A stretch of DNA of 64,000 nucleotides from Salpingoeca rosetta (GCA_033442325.1 JAWQFM010000005.1:1985665-2049664); one strand, 5' to 3'. Positions 1 through 30,423 are shown, counted from the stretch's first letter. Numbers and translations are program-made. The notes: generated by a model from the letters alone, not told the origin.

Positions 1-37
1 ACATATACACATTCACGCACGCGCAAACGTGTTGTAG

Positions 38-3210
<3,173 letters not shown>

Positions 3211-3608
3211 TGATGTTGTCATTGTTGTTGTGGCTGTTCCATGTCATGTTGCTGTCATGCTCGTTGATGTCATTCTTGTTGTTCATGTCGGAGGTGAAAC
3301 CCCTTGTGGTCTATCTGTGTCGTTTTGGAGGGCGTGAGGCGCTTGATGTGGTTCCTCTCGCACCCACAAAGCAATGAAACCAGCAACAAGCTACCAATGG
3401 AACATGCAAACAACCGTTGTTGTTGTTGTTGTTGTTGTGGCGGGGAACGCACTGGTCTCAAGGCGTGGTGGTTCACATGTGCTCACTCGTCTTGCTCGCT
3501 TGTCTTGCTCGCTCGCTTTTTGTGGAACAAGTTGGCGTGCCGAAAAATGGTGGAAGTCTTTCGTCAATTGCCACGAATGAAGAAGCTGAGCAGGAAGACA
3601 CCAGCACC

Positions 3609-11468
<7,860 letters not shown>

Positions 11469-11649
11469 ACCCATCCACCTTTCTCCTTTTGTTGCTTGTT
11501 GCTTGTTGCTTGTTGCTTGTTGTTTGCTGCCTATGGTTTGTGTTGATTGGAGCCATGCGCGGCGGTGGCGATGGTTTTGAGTCGCACACTGTTATCGGAC
11601 CCCTTTCGTTGCTCCCCCCCCCTTGCCCCCGAATACACCTGCTCTTGTG

Positions 11650-11768
<119 letters not shown>

Positions 11769-12161
11769 CTGCTGCTGCTGCTGCTGCTCTGCCTGTGTGC
11801 GTGTTTGGTTCTGTGCCTGTGTGTTTGCTTCTCTGTGTTTGTTGTGCCTCCATAGACATTCCCCGCGGCTGGTGCCCTTTGTGAGTTATCCAGGAGCACC
11901 CCTGTCCCCTTCTCACTTGTTTCTCCGTGTGGGTTCCTTCCTTGGTGTCGTAGTTCCTCCCCCTTTTAATGACTGACTGACCCACGAACCGTGTGATGGA
12001 ACAAGCAGGTGGTGCGTGATTGGTGCATGGGTGGTGGTGGTGGAAGACGACAAAAAACTTCTTTGCGGAAAATTGTCGCAAATTTTGATTTGATTTTCTA
12101 CAACAGAGTCCTCTGCAAGCAGCGCCAACCGAACAGACAGCAGACGAAACCACAAGAAGCG

Positions 12162-12567
12162 ATGGGCGACGAACCGTACGTTGCTCGCCTCGCCTCGCCT
12201 CGCCTCGCCTCGTTGCTTGCTTCGTGCCCTGACAGCTTGTGCTGAGCTTGTGCTGAGCTTGTGCGCTCGTGCACAGACGTTTGGATGTCCATCTTTTTGC
12301 GTGCTGGGCTTGCTTGCTGCCGTATGTTGCCTTTTGTACTGCGTCCTCCCTCTGGTTGATGACGTTGGTTGTGTTGGTAGTCTTGGTAGTGTTGGTTGTG
12401 GTGTTACATGCTTGCACTCGTGTTTGTCGTCCTCCTTCTCTGCGTGCACGCTCTTCAAGACCCCCATTTCACCTTCCCTGTCTTGGTTCCGCTCCGCATT
12501 GGCCGACCAACTGACTCCGTTCTTGCGCAACCACGCCTACCTCACCCACATACACACACACGCGCGT

Positions 12568-12646
<79 letters not shown>

Positions 12647-13585
12647 GGTTTTGTTGGTGGTTGGCAGCTTGTACGCCGAGCCTGCGAAGCAGGAGGTTCC
12701 CGAGGTGCCTTTGTACGCCCCCATTCCCAGCGACCCTGGTGCAGAGACGCTCAGCAGTCTTCAAGACCTCGTCGACGACAAGAAGGACAAGAAAGAGGAG
12801 AAGCCCAAACAAAGTATGGCCGCTGCATGCGTGCGCGTGTGATGACGCGTGTTCCTGGGATGCTTCGATTCATGCTACTATGGCCCTCCGTACACCGAAT
12901 CCCTTGGCCACCACCTCACATTGACTCTGCGTTGTGCATTGCATAGGCGACATGACACCACAGGAGCTTGAGTTTGAGCGACTTCGTCTCGAGGCGCTTG
13001 TGAGACTCAACACCTTGCCCCTTGTGTGTGTGTGTGCGTGTGTGTTGTGTGTCTGCGTCTGCCTGTGTGTTGTGTGTTGTGTGTGTGTGTGTGTGTGTCT
13101 GCCTGAGTGTGTAAACGCACTGCGTTCCTTACTCTCAAGGTTGCTCGTCGTTTTCTCACAGCACATGATGTTGTGCGTTGTTGGAATGGCCATGCGATAG
13201 GCAGCACGAGACGCTAAGCAGGAGCTGAAGAAGGTGAGCAGGCCATCTTCTCGTTTGGTTCATCAGCCCTTGCACAAGCTCGTTGTGCCCAAGGCGTATC
13301 GTGCGGTGTGCCTCATCCGCCATTTTCTCACCAGCGGCGCATGTGTCCTACGGCATGCAGGCGGATGACCCCACACCCTCGCGCCACGGCCCGACGGAGG
13401 AAGAGCGCCAAAAGGTGCCGAGCTGCTGATGGTGATTATGATGTGCTGGTGGTAGTGGTGTTGGTTGTGATGCGTTATCGTGACGACGACGCCAACAACA
13501 ACAACAACAACAACAACACGGGTGTGAGTGCAAGAACATGCGCTCGCTGCTATGCAACAAATGCCAGCTGCTCACCGTTGGTGAT

Positions 13586-13635
<50 letters not shown>

Positions 13636-13799
13636 ACGCTTGGCTGCACATGGCACCGATTGGGGTGGAACAGCTGCTGCAGCAGGCACTCGCGCAGAAG
13701 GACGCGTCTGCCCGCCGCGGCCACTCGGGCCCGAGCATGGAGGAGCGCATGAGGGTAGGGGTGTGCTTATGTGTGTGTGCGTGTGTGTGTGTTCATGTG

Positions 13800-13856
<57 letters not shown>

Positions 13857-14524
13857 GCCCATGTGTGCGTGTGAGTGAGTTTGTGGCTGTACGACAGCAA
13901 GGCGCTCGTTTGCACGTACACACTACCTACACCTGCCCACACTTGGCCTCCTCACGCACCAACGTCTCCCTGCATTTTGACATATGTGTGCATATGTGTG
14001 CAGTTGGCACAGCAGGCGCAGGCGGCAATGGAGAAGGAGGCGACGCTTCCCCGGCAGCAGCGGAAAGTGCCGCCGTCCGCGGAGGAGCGGGCCCGTCTTG
14101 CTGAACAGGCGCTGCAGGCAGCAAAGACCTCGGTCGGTGTGTGTGTGTATGTCTGTGTCTGTGTGTGTGTTGGTGTGTTGGTGTATCTTGTCAGTCTGTG
14201 TGGTTATCTGTGTCTGTGTCCGTGTGTGTGTGTGTGTGTGTGCGTGTGTGTGTGTGTGTGTGTGTAGCTCTCTGTCTGTCTCTCTCCCTCTAAGTCTCTC
14301 CTGCTTCTCTGTCTGTCAGTTAGTCTGTCTGTCTGTCTGTCTGTCTGTCCACCAGCTCGCCTGCGCATACACAAGCATTAACCCTCTTGTGCTCACGCCT
14401 ATCATGCACCACTGATGCTGCTTGACAGGCGGGCCACTCGACTGCGGGGCGGCGCGGTGGGCCGTCAGCGGAGGAGCGCGCGCGCCTTGCCCAGATGGCC
14501 CTTGCCTCCGAGCGGAAGCAATGA
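12162..14524 (+). CDS. Unannotated 201-aa low-complexity protein with EPLYA/VPLYA motifs and 4-5 P[ST]xEERxRL helical repeats
   Basis: Eight exons with GT-AG boundaries splice in frame: 12162-12175, 12668-12813, 12947-12999, 13201-13233, 13361-13414, 13674-13754, 14004-14132, 14429-14524. Product runs MGDEPLYAEPAKQEVPEVPLYAPIPSD...GPSAEERARLAQMALASERKQ*. Confidence 0.75.
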
Positions 14525-15442
14525 CGACGTATGACGACAGTGGTGATGAGCGGTGCTGCTTTTGGGCTGCATGCAATGGTCGATCATGCCTCCGATCGGT
14601 TGATTGATTGATTCGTTGATTGATTGATTGGTTGGTTAATGAGAGGCACGCTCCCTTCCTGCCCTTACTATGATGTGTTGTAACGTCCTTCTGTTTCGTC
14701 ATGTAATGTGTGTGAATGCTGTCATTACCCCTTGCTTGTCTTATGTGTCTTAGTTTGTCCGTTGTTGTTTTCGGTATTGGCTCCGTGATTCCGCTTGACG
14801 TTGTTACAACTGCACTACAAGAAGACCAAAGCTTCAACGCAACCTGCGCCACAGACGAGGAAAGGGTCTGAACAGCGCGAGAAGGACAGATAAGGGGGGT
14901 AGACCGAGCACCGCACACACACAACGCAACACAAAACTCGCCAGCCGCGCAGCGCTGATGTTACCGACAGCATAAATGACACCACAACAATTTTTGTTTT
15001 TTTGTATTGTTCTGAGTCGCGCGTTCTGGCGCACACAAAAGACACCAACCTTGTGTGCATGTGCCTGTTTTTGGTGAGTTGTGTGTCAGACTTGCATTTC
15101 CAACTCCACAACACAAACAGACAGCACGGCCGACGACACCACCAGCTGCGACATCACGTCGCATCAAATCACGCATCAGCCCCCCCCCCCCCGGCAATTG
15201 GCGCATTCTGGTTTTGCAGTCGTCAGCACCCACGCAGAAAGAGAGAGAGAGAGACACACACACACACACAAGAGACACAGAGACATTGACAGAGGGTAGA
15301 CATCCCCTCCCTTTGTGCCCAACTCTGTTCTTGCTTTCTGCCAATCACCGGTGAGGTTTGCTTTCAGCATCCTCCAGTTCCTTCCCTCCAACAACTGCCA
15401 GCAACACGGCCAGCAGCACGGCTAGCAACAGCAAGCGGGCAA

Positions 15443-16127
15443 ATGGACACCGCACAGGACGTGGTGCCGCCTGCAGAGGCGAGCGGCAAACCGCAGGCAT
15501 TGGAAGACCACATTGACGAGAATATGGTCATCGACAACGAGGAGCTGGGCGACCACGATGAAGATGAGTTGAATGAGGAGGACATGAAGCAGCTGAAGGC
15601 ACACCGTGGTGCATGTCGTTTGAGGACTCGAGACGCCGGCCAGAAGCACCCCTATGATGCCGATGACGGCGGCAACGACAACGACAATGACGATGATGAG
15701 GATGATGATGAATACATCGCTGAGGATGACGACGGAGACAGCGATTATGTGGCGGAGGAAGAAGAAGAGGAGGAGGATGACGAGCAGGACGACGACGATG
15801 ACAATGATGCTGGCCTTGTCGCCGTGCACGGCGATGGGCCCGGCAGCAGGAATAGCAGGAGGCGGGCACGGAAAGGTGGCCGCCGAGTGAAAGGCGGTGG
15901 TGCTCGCGTGCGCCGCCAGCACACATCAACGTCCTCGGCTGGTGATGTGCCGCCACTCAAACGAGCGAAGAGCAACATCAACCGCCACCGCCGCGACATC
16001 AAGGAGATCCAACGGCAGAGCTCCGCCATGAAGCAGGCGCAGGAACGCGAGCTGCTGCGGCAGCAGCGCAAGATTGCCGCCTTTCGCACCCACGAACAGG
16101 ATCTCAAACATAAACAACAAGGCAAGC

Positions 16128-16206
<79 letters not shown>

Positions 16207-16676
16207 GCAACAGCAACAACAACAACAGCAGCAGCAGCAGCAGCAGCAGACAGAGAGCAACCGCAAGTGCGCGGACGGCACAATCAAGCAGGAAGCTCAG
16301 CCCGATGAAGCTGGGCACAAGCACCGACTGTCATCCACATCGTCACAGTCACAGAGCCGCCACCCCTCCCGGAGCGAGACGCCCGCGCCAAAGATGCAAC
16401 GACTGCCATCGCAGACGACAGAGGAGCCGAAAGAGGAGGAGGTGGCTGTGAAGCAGGAGGAACAGGCAGCGAGCGTCGAGGAAGGCGCCGCAGACACGAC
16501 AATCGCAGCCAGCGCAGCTGTATCTGAGGCAACGGCTGCAGCTGCTACCACTTCTTCTGCACCAGCTGCTGCACCAGCTGTGAAAACGGAACAGGGCGAG
16601 AGCACACCAACACACCCGTCCGAGGCACCCACGCCAGAGTTTCCATCGCAGCCGCAGCAAGAAGAAGAGCAGCAGC

Positions 16677-16761
<85 letters not shown>

Positions 16762-18082
16762 CGAGGTGGACATGATGGACGACATCTTCCAGCTTGAGCC
16801 GGCGCCACCCGACATGGCAGCCGTCGCCACAACACAAGCAGAAGCAGAAACCTCTGGGGCGTATGCGGTCGGGGGTTCACAGAGCGATGCCTTTGATAAC
16901 ATGTTTGATCTCCCACCCGTGGACGCTGGGCCCATCACCCTTGATGACGACGATGACGATGATGAAGATGAAGAGGACGAAGAGGACGAAGAGGAGGTAT
17001 GAACTGCAGGACTTGTGTGCGTGACATGGAGGCGGTGGAGGGGGAGGGGTGCCGACGATGCATGCATGCAGGTGTTTGTGTGTGTGTGTGTGTGTCTGTC
17101 TGTGTGTGTGTGTGTGTGTCTGTCTGTCTGTGTGTCTGTCTGTGTCTGTCTGTCTGTCTGTGTCTGTCTGTGTGCGTTTGTGTGTGTGTATATGTTTGTG
17201 TGTTGTCTTCTGGTCGACACCTGCGCCTGTGCCTGCGCCCAAGTGCATCATTGCTCACCAAGAACTCCACCACCCCCCCCCCAACACACACACACACACA
17301 CACACACATTCTGCGTCTCGCCCTGATGTGTCAGATCATCGACATTGAGGACGATGAGGACCCGGAAGTGGAGCAGATGGTGCAGTCGTTCTCCACCAAC
17401 CCGCGCTTCCTCCATCTCGACGACTCGTGAGTCGCACGCATACACGCGCTTGTTGTACTGCCCTCGTGAACTGCGTTGTCCCTTCATCCAATCACCGTCG
17501 TCTGCACGGTTCTCTGATCATCTCACACTCACCGCCACCATCACCACGTCCACCACACTCACCACCACCACCGCCACTGCAGGGTGAATGTTGTCGAGGA
17601 CGATCAGATTGAGATCAACGTGAACCGCACGGGGAGCGAGGGCCCCGTGTATGTTGCGCAGGAGCTTGTCCCATACCTCAAGCCGCACCAGATTGGCGGC
17701 GTGCGCTTCATGTGGGAGAATGTTGTCGACAGCCTGGAGGACTTTGACACGAGCGAGGGCTTTGGTTGCATCCTCGCCCACTGTATGGGACTCGGCAAGA
17801 CCCTGCAGGTGCGTTATTGAGCGTGTTTGTTTGTTTGTTTGTTTGTTTGTTTGTTTGTTTGTTTGTTTGTGGGTGTCTGGGTGTGTGTGTGTGTGTTTAT
17901 GTGCGTGTGATTGTGCGTGCGTTTGACACATGTGCTCATGCTGCTCGCTGTGCGACGACTGCAGGTTGTGACGTTTACGGAGCTCTTTCTCCGCGCCACG
18001 CCCGCATCTTGCGTCATGGTCGTCGTCCCCGTCAACACCGTCCAGAACTGGAGAAACGAATACCTCAAGTGGTGCGCACGCG

Positions 18083-18162
<80 letters not shown>

Positions 18163-18447
18163 GTGCTTTTTGGGGCTCGGCTGGCTGGCTGCTCCCCTGC
18201 GTGTGTTGCTCACAAGATCCTTGCCAACTCCTCTCTCTCCCCCTCCTCTCTCCCATATCACCCTGCCCTGGCCTGTCCATCTCCGCCAGGCTCAAGTCTG
18301 CGAATCTGCCCAACATCTTTGTTGCGCGCGACGGACGAAACTTCCGGGAACGTCTCGAAACCATCAAGAGCTGGAAGGAGGCGGTATGTTGCCCAGCGCT
18401 TTGTTGTTGTCTTTGTGTGTGTGTGTGTTTGTGTGTGCGTGTCTTGT

Positions 18448-18480
<33 letters not shown>

Positions 18481-18947
18481 TGTCTGTCTGTCTGTCTATG
18501 CAATTTTGTGTCGTTGTGTCCACCTGCTTGCTATTCTTTCGTACGTACTTGTTTGTGCACATATAAGTCCATGGCTGCAGTTCTCACCACCCGTGTGCCG
18601 CACGTCACCTGCCACCGCATCAGGGCGGGGTGCTGATTGTCGGGTACGAAATGCTGCGCCGCCTTGCGCGGGAGGAGGGCCGTGTCGCCAAATCCCTCAA
18701 GTCCATGACCGCCACCGCCTCCTCAGCATCGTCGTCGTCGACACAAACGATTCCCGAGGACGTGGAGGAGTTTTCTGAGATCCAGCAGGCGCTGCTCAAC
18801 CCGGGGCCGGACCTGGTCGTGTGCGACGAGGGGCACCGCATCAAGAACGAGAAGGCTGCAATCTCAAAAGTAAGAAGGGAGGTGATTTGTATCTGTGCGT
18901 TGTGTTTGTTGGGTTGTGTTTGTGTATGTGTATGTGTATTTGTGTGT

Positions 18948-19002
<55 letters not shown>

Positions 19003-19143
19003 GTGTGTTGCGGTATGTTGTGTTGTTTTCCTCATTTGACTTTGCACGACCCACCACGTGACACATGCATGCAGGTGCTGAAGAAGATTCGAACAGCCCG
19101 CCGCGTCGTCCTCACGGGGTATGCTCCTTCATCCACACATGTC

Positions 19144-19205
<62 letters not shown>

Positions 19206-20554
19206 CACGCACACACACGCACGCACACACACACACACATGTGTGTGTGTGTGGTCACCACCTCACCCTCATCATCCACTGCGACTGCTGCCACCACCAT
19301 CATCACGCCAGGTCCCCACTGCAGAACAACCTCGAGGAGTACTGGTGCATGGTTGACTTTGTGCGACCAGACCACCTCGGCACCCTGGAGGAGTTTCGCA
19401 ACATGTTTGTCAATCCCATCATGAACGGAAACTGCGTCGACTCGCGACAAGAGGTGACTTGTGTAGTAGGGGGCCGCAACGCTTACCCCTCTACGCGTGT
19501 CTGACTGTCTGTATTGTCTGTCTGTATTGTTTGTTTGTGTGTGCGCATGTGTGTGTGCCTCTGTGTGCGCGTGCATATGCACGTGCGTATCTGTGTTGGT
19601 GCCCTTCCTGCACCCATTCAGTCACTCACCACATCGACCATCCCCCCCCCCTTGTCCCTTTCCGCTGCCCACAGGACGTGAAGCTGATGCGGTACCGAAC
19701 GTACGTACTACACAAGATGCTGTCGGGTTTCGTGCAGCGCCGCGATGACCGCATTCTCAACCGCTCGCTCCCGCGCAAGCTGGAATACGTTCTCCCCGTC
19801 AAGATGTCCGACACGCAGGAGGCCCTTTACAAACACGTACGCCCGCTGCACGCAGCTGCTTTTGCTGGCTGTGTGTGTGTATGTGGGTGTGTGTGGGTGT
19901 GGGTGGGTGTGGGTGTGGCTGGCTGGCTGGCTGTCTGTCTATCTATCTGTCTGTGTGTGTGTGGGTGTGTGTGTGTGGGTGGGTGTGTGTGCAAGGTGCA
20001 AATGCAGTCGCTCTGTCGCTTTTCCGCCTTCCCTGCTCATTTCTCTCCCTCTCTCTCCTCCCTTTGCACGAATGAACTGCGCCCCTGCTCGCCCCACCCC
20101 ACCGCGTCGCGTGTGCAGATGCTGCAGTATGTGCTTGAGGAGGAGGGCCGCAAAGGGCGGCTGTTCCGCGCATACTCGACGGCGGTGATGATCTGGAACC
20201 ACCCGGATGTGTTCTACCACATGGCCATGAAGCCGCTCGCCCCCGAGGAGGCGAAGCGACGCGACCTCCTCAAGCGCATTGCCGAGCTCAAGAAGCAGCG
20301 CGTTGCCCTGTTTGCCCGCCAGGACGCCATCATGGCCGAGATGAGGAAGGCAGCGCCGTACCAGCAGCGCCAGCAGCAGCAACAGGCGGGACACCAGGGC
20401 CAGGCTCAGCAGCAGCAACAGGCGGGACACCAGGGCCAGGCTCAGCAGCAGCAGCCCCCACAGCCACAGCAGTTGCAACCGCACCAGCAGCAACCGCACC
20501 CACAGCCACAGCAGCAGCCGCAGCAACAAGCATCAACCTCTCAAGCACCCCCTC

Positions 20555-20613
<59 letters not shown>

Positions 20614-21753
20614 CGACAACCGCCCGTGTCGCGCCTGCAAGCGGTGCCATTATCACCGCCCATCTCCGCAGAGCGCCGGCACAAACTCGGCATCGAATTC
20701 CACGAGATACAGGCGCAGCTGGCCGATGTGTAAGAGCGTGTGTGTGTGTGTGTGTGTTCTTTTCTGTCACTTGTTCCTGTCGTTTGTTTGCCTGCGTATG
20801 TATTGGCTCGTGTTGTGTGCTTTGACTTGCGCCCACACTGAGAATCCCAACCTCGTTCGTGTCTCTCATCCACCGCTGTGGTACTCGCGTGCATGTGTGT
20901 CAATGTGCACGCATGTGTGCACATGGCTTTGTCATTTTGTTCTGTGTCATTTCTTCTGTGTGCAGGGTGAAGGAGCTTGAGGAGGCGGAGATGAGCGTTC
21001 CGCTGAAGAAGAGAAAGCGCGACGCTGCGGATCACACGTGGGCACGCCCCTATTTCGAGTCGACAGACTTCAAGCCGGGCAGCTTGCATAATGGCAGCAA
21101 GTTTGTCGTCCTCCTCACCGTGCGTTTGCCGCCATTTGACGTGCAACATGAGACCGGGACTTGCGTGTCTGTGCATGTGTCTGTGCATGTGTGTGTGTGT
21201 GTGTGTGTGTGTCTGTGTGTGTAAACGATGCAACAAGCTGTCCTGCTAGCCTGCTTTGCTAGAACATACATTTCCCTTTCCTCGCTGCTTTCTCCTCACC
21301 CGCACACATCACACCTCGCCACACCACCGGAACAACAGATGCTGCACCTGTGCGTGCAGCTGCGGGAGAAGGTGCTCGTGTTTTCGCAGAGCCTGTTTGC
21401 GCTTGACCTCGTTGAGTCGTTCCTTAAGCGCCTTGTTGTGCCGGGCACGCGCGAGGCGTGGCAGAAGAAGAAGCACTACTTTCGCCTGGACGGCAGCACG
21501 TCTGCGTCCGAGCGAGCAGACATGATTGAGGCGTTTAACGACCGCTCCAACCTGGACATGCACGCGTTTCTCATCTCCACGCGTGCGGGCTCGCTGGGCA
21601 TCTCGCTAACGGCGGCGTCGCGGGTTGTCATCCTGGACACATCGTGGAACCCTTCGCATGACGCGCAGGCCGTGTGCCGCGTGTACCGATACGGACAGGA
21701 CAAGCCATGCTTCATCTACAGGCTCGTCGCAGCAGGTACAGCCACAGCATGGC

Positions 21754-21817
<64 letters not shown>

Positions 21818-22874
21818 GGGGGGGGGGTGTTCGTGGGTTGTTCATGGGTTGTTCGTGGGTTGTTTTGTCATGCCTTAGCGTAAGTGGGACGTGCACTGTG
21901 TGTGATGATGGCACGATGCACGCCGTCGTTGGTTGTTTGCATTCGTTTTTCCATCACCGCCTTACTCTCGACATTCACTGCGACATTGCAGGGACGATGG
22001 AGGAGACGATCTACAACCGGCAGGTGACGAAGGTCGGGCTGGCAAACCGCGTGGTGGACACGGAGAACCCCGAGCGCCACTTCACCGAGGACCAGCTCAG
22101 GCAGCTCTTCACATACAACGTCCGTGTGTGTGTCTGTGTGTGTTTGTGTGTGTGTGTGTGTGTGTTTGTGTGTGTCTGTGTGTGTCTGTGTGTGTGTCTG
22201 TGTGTCTGTGTGTCTGTGTGTGTGTGTCTGTGTGTGTCTGTGTGTGTGTCTGTGTGTGTGTCTGTGTGTGTTTGTGTGTGTTTGTGTGTGTTTGTGTGTC
22301 TATGTGTGTTCGCTCGTGCCTTCACCACTGACCGATTGACCTCACTCGCACCACTAATCTTCCCCCCCGCCACCACCCCCACCACCATTGCAGGCGCCGG
22401 CTGCTGTGACGGAGGAGACGGCGCCGCGCGACATCAGCGACGGGCGCGATATCATCCTCAAGAAAATCTGCGAGGGCGACTGCAAGAAGCACCTTGCAAA
22501 GGTGCGCTGTGCCGTGTGCCCTTGCTTGCTTGGTGGTTTGTTTGGTTGAAGCCATTTCTCGTTGTGAGTGGCGTGCGTGCGTGCGAGTGTTGTGGTGTAT
22601 GTGTGTGTGTGTGTGTGTGACTTTGCTGGCGACCCCACATCCTGGTGCTGCTTCTTGGTGAAAGCACATGCGACTCGCATTAACGCCACCACCCTGCGCC
22701 GTGTTGTGTTGTTGTGTTCTGTGTGCTCCCTCTGCATGACAGGCTCCGTTCATGCATTCGTCGATGCTTGAAGAGTGCACGGAGGACGACGAGCTCTCGA
22801 AGAACGAGCAGGAGGATGCACTCAGACGTATGTGGGATGCGGATGTGTGTGCGCGTGTGCGTGTGTGTGTGTGT

Positions 22875-22926
<52 letters not shown>

Positions 22927-24183
22927 GTGTGTGTGCGTGTGTGTGTGTGTGCAAACATGCGCCATGAGTTACTGGTTTGTTTGAAACCAAAGCTTCATGC
23001 ATCGATACAACCCACAATCTCTCACCCATCTCATCCATCACACACACCCTTTTTACCCCTCCCTTCCTACCGTCCTGCTGCTGTCATGCATGTGTGCGTG
23101 CCAGGATATGCGCGGGACAAGCTTGACCTGTCCAACACCGAGCAGCGCGCTGCCGGCGGTGTTGAGGAGCAGGCCGACTTTGGCCAACTCACGTTCATGT
23201 CAGACTTCCACAGCACCGCAAACATGTACGCCAACACCTTCAACTCGGCCGCTGCGCCCTACCAGCAACAGTACCCGTCCCCGTATCACTACCAGCAGCG
23301 GCAGCAGCAGCAGCAGCCACAGGCCGGTGCATACATGGGCCAGCCGCACTACACGCCGTCTGCATCGTCCTCTGCATCCTCGTACTCGTCTGCACACACA
23401 TACGCGCCGTCAATGGGTGGCATGCAGCAACCGCCCATGGCTCCACAGCAGCACCAGCTGCTGCAGCAGCAGCCATCGTCGTTGTCTGCTGGTGTGCCGG
23501 GCATGTCGTCTGCCCAGCACAGCGCTGCAATGTCGTCATCGTCCTCAGCATCGGCAGCGGCGCCATATGCGTACTACCCACAATACCAGCAGCAGCACCA
23601 GCAGTACCAGCAGTACCCGGGCCAACCTTACCAGCAGCCGTCCTCGTCATCATCCAACCCACCGCCGCCAGCATCAACGGCAGCAGCGCCGCAATACTCG
23701 CAACAAACACACCAACAAACACACCAGCAGCAGCAAGGTGGATACGCACAGGCGGCGTACCCGGCCGCTCCCAGTCATGCGCAATACCAGCAGCACTACC
23801 AGCAGCAGCAGCCGGGAGGCACGGGGACGAATGCCATGACGGCGCCAGTGTCGCTGCCGACGGGTGCAGCGCCAGCGGCCACAACAGCGCCCTCCGCTTA
23901 CTACCAGCAGCAACAACCGCAACAGTATCAGCAACAGCCGCAACAAGCACAACAACCGCAGCCACAAGCGTATCCCCAGCTGCATCAGGCACAACAGCCA
24001 CCACAGTATCAGCAACCGCACACGCAGCAGCAGCAGCAGCAGCCGGGTGACGATCCCAACGGACGCGCGGCAAGCCCGCTCTTTGGTGATTTCACGGACG
24101 GCGACGCCGATATGGGGATGGACATTGATGATGCGGTTGATGGCCATGATGAGGTGCCACCGCTGGGTGACGCGCAAGAGTAA
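15443..24183 (+). CDS. RAD54L2: SNF2-family ATPase, ATRX/ARIP4 subgroup, closest to RAD54L2 (ARIP4)
   Basis: About 16 exons. Motifs [114 protein letters not shown]. Acidic/polyQ N-terminus and Q/Y/P-rich C-terminus. Confidence 0.9.
16127..16249 (+). repeat. (CAA/CAG)n polyglutamine tract in RAD54L2-like exon 1; further tracts at ~16669-16760 and ~20554-20613
   Basis: Directly visible in-frame repeats. Confidence 0.95.
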
Positions 24184-24661
24184 CACCACCGCCTGTTATC
24201 GCAGCTACAAAAACAAGAGCAGCACCAGCTGCATTAGTCGTCGCATAATCGAACACCATGTTATGTTTCTTTCTCTGCCTTGGCCCATGTCAAATCGCGA
24301 CGTTTTGTTTGTTGTATTTCTCCTGTTTTGCCCTTCATATGTGTGTCTCGTCTGTGTGTGTGTGTGTGTGTGTGTGTCTCGTCTGTGTGTGTGTGTGACA
24401 CGGTTGTTGATGTTTGATGTATTTTGGACTGTTCCATGTTGACGTTTATTTGGTTGTTGCTTAGGACAGACTCTTCTTCTTCTGCTTCGTTCGCCCTCCT
24501 TCTTGCGAACATGGCTATGCTGTATGCTTGGGCTATGCATGTACCTGCCCACAGCAAGCAAGGATTGCGTAGCTTCGCCCGTGCTAACTAAACCACGCCA
24601 CCATCCTCTGCCGCAGAGAGAGAGAGAGAGAAGAGGCAGGGTGAGGTAGAGGGAGAGCGAT

Positions 24662-24801
<140 letters not shown>

Positions 24802-24867
24802 ACTGCAGTGATAATTGTTGATGTGAGCGCGAATATTCTTCAACCGAACTGGCCGACAGCAACGCTG

Positions 24868-29905
<5,038 letters not shown>

Positions 29906-29992
29906 TCTGTCAGTCTGTCTGTATTTGTGTGCGGGTGTGTGTGTGCTGTCTGTCTGTGCTTGGTTCGTGCGTGTGTGTTTGTGAGTGCGTGC

Positions 29993-30062
<70 letters not shown>

Positions 30063-30423
30063 TTGTGTATGTACCTCCCTGTCTCGCTCTGTCCCTCTGT
30101 GTGTCTGTGACATGGTGTGCGTGTGTGTGCTGTGTGGTGTGCGTCAATGTGCTTATCGGCTACTGTTCAAGTGGCCCTCTGTTATCCAATTGTGGAGTAC
30201 AACATTCGCCAACGCCATGTCCGTGACGTCAAACACCAGCAACCGGAACACCGTATCACGAAATCGTACAGGAGCGCACACCCACGCCACCACAGACACA
30301 TGGGCATCCGTGTGTATTTGTGGCCACACACCGATCAAGCCATTGCAAAGAACCAAGCCAATCCACGCTACCGTCATCAGCATCATCATCCTCATCATCG
30401 TTACTTACAAGTGTATTCTGTTT

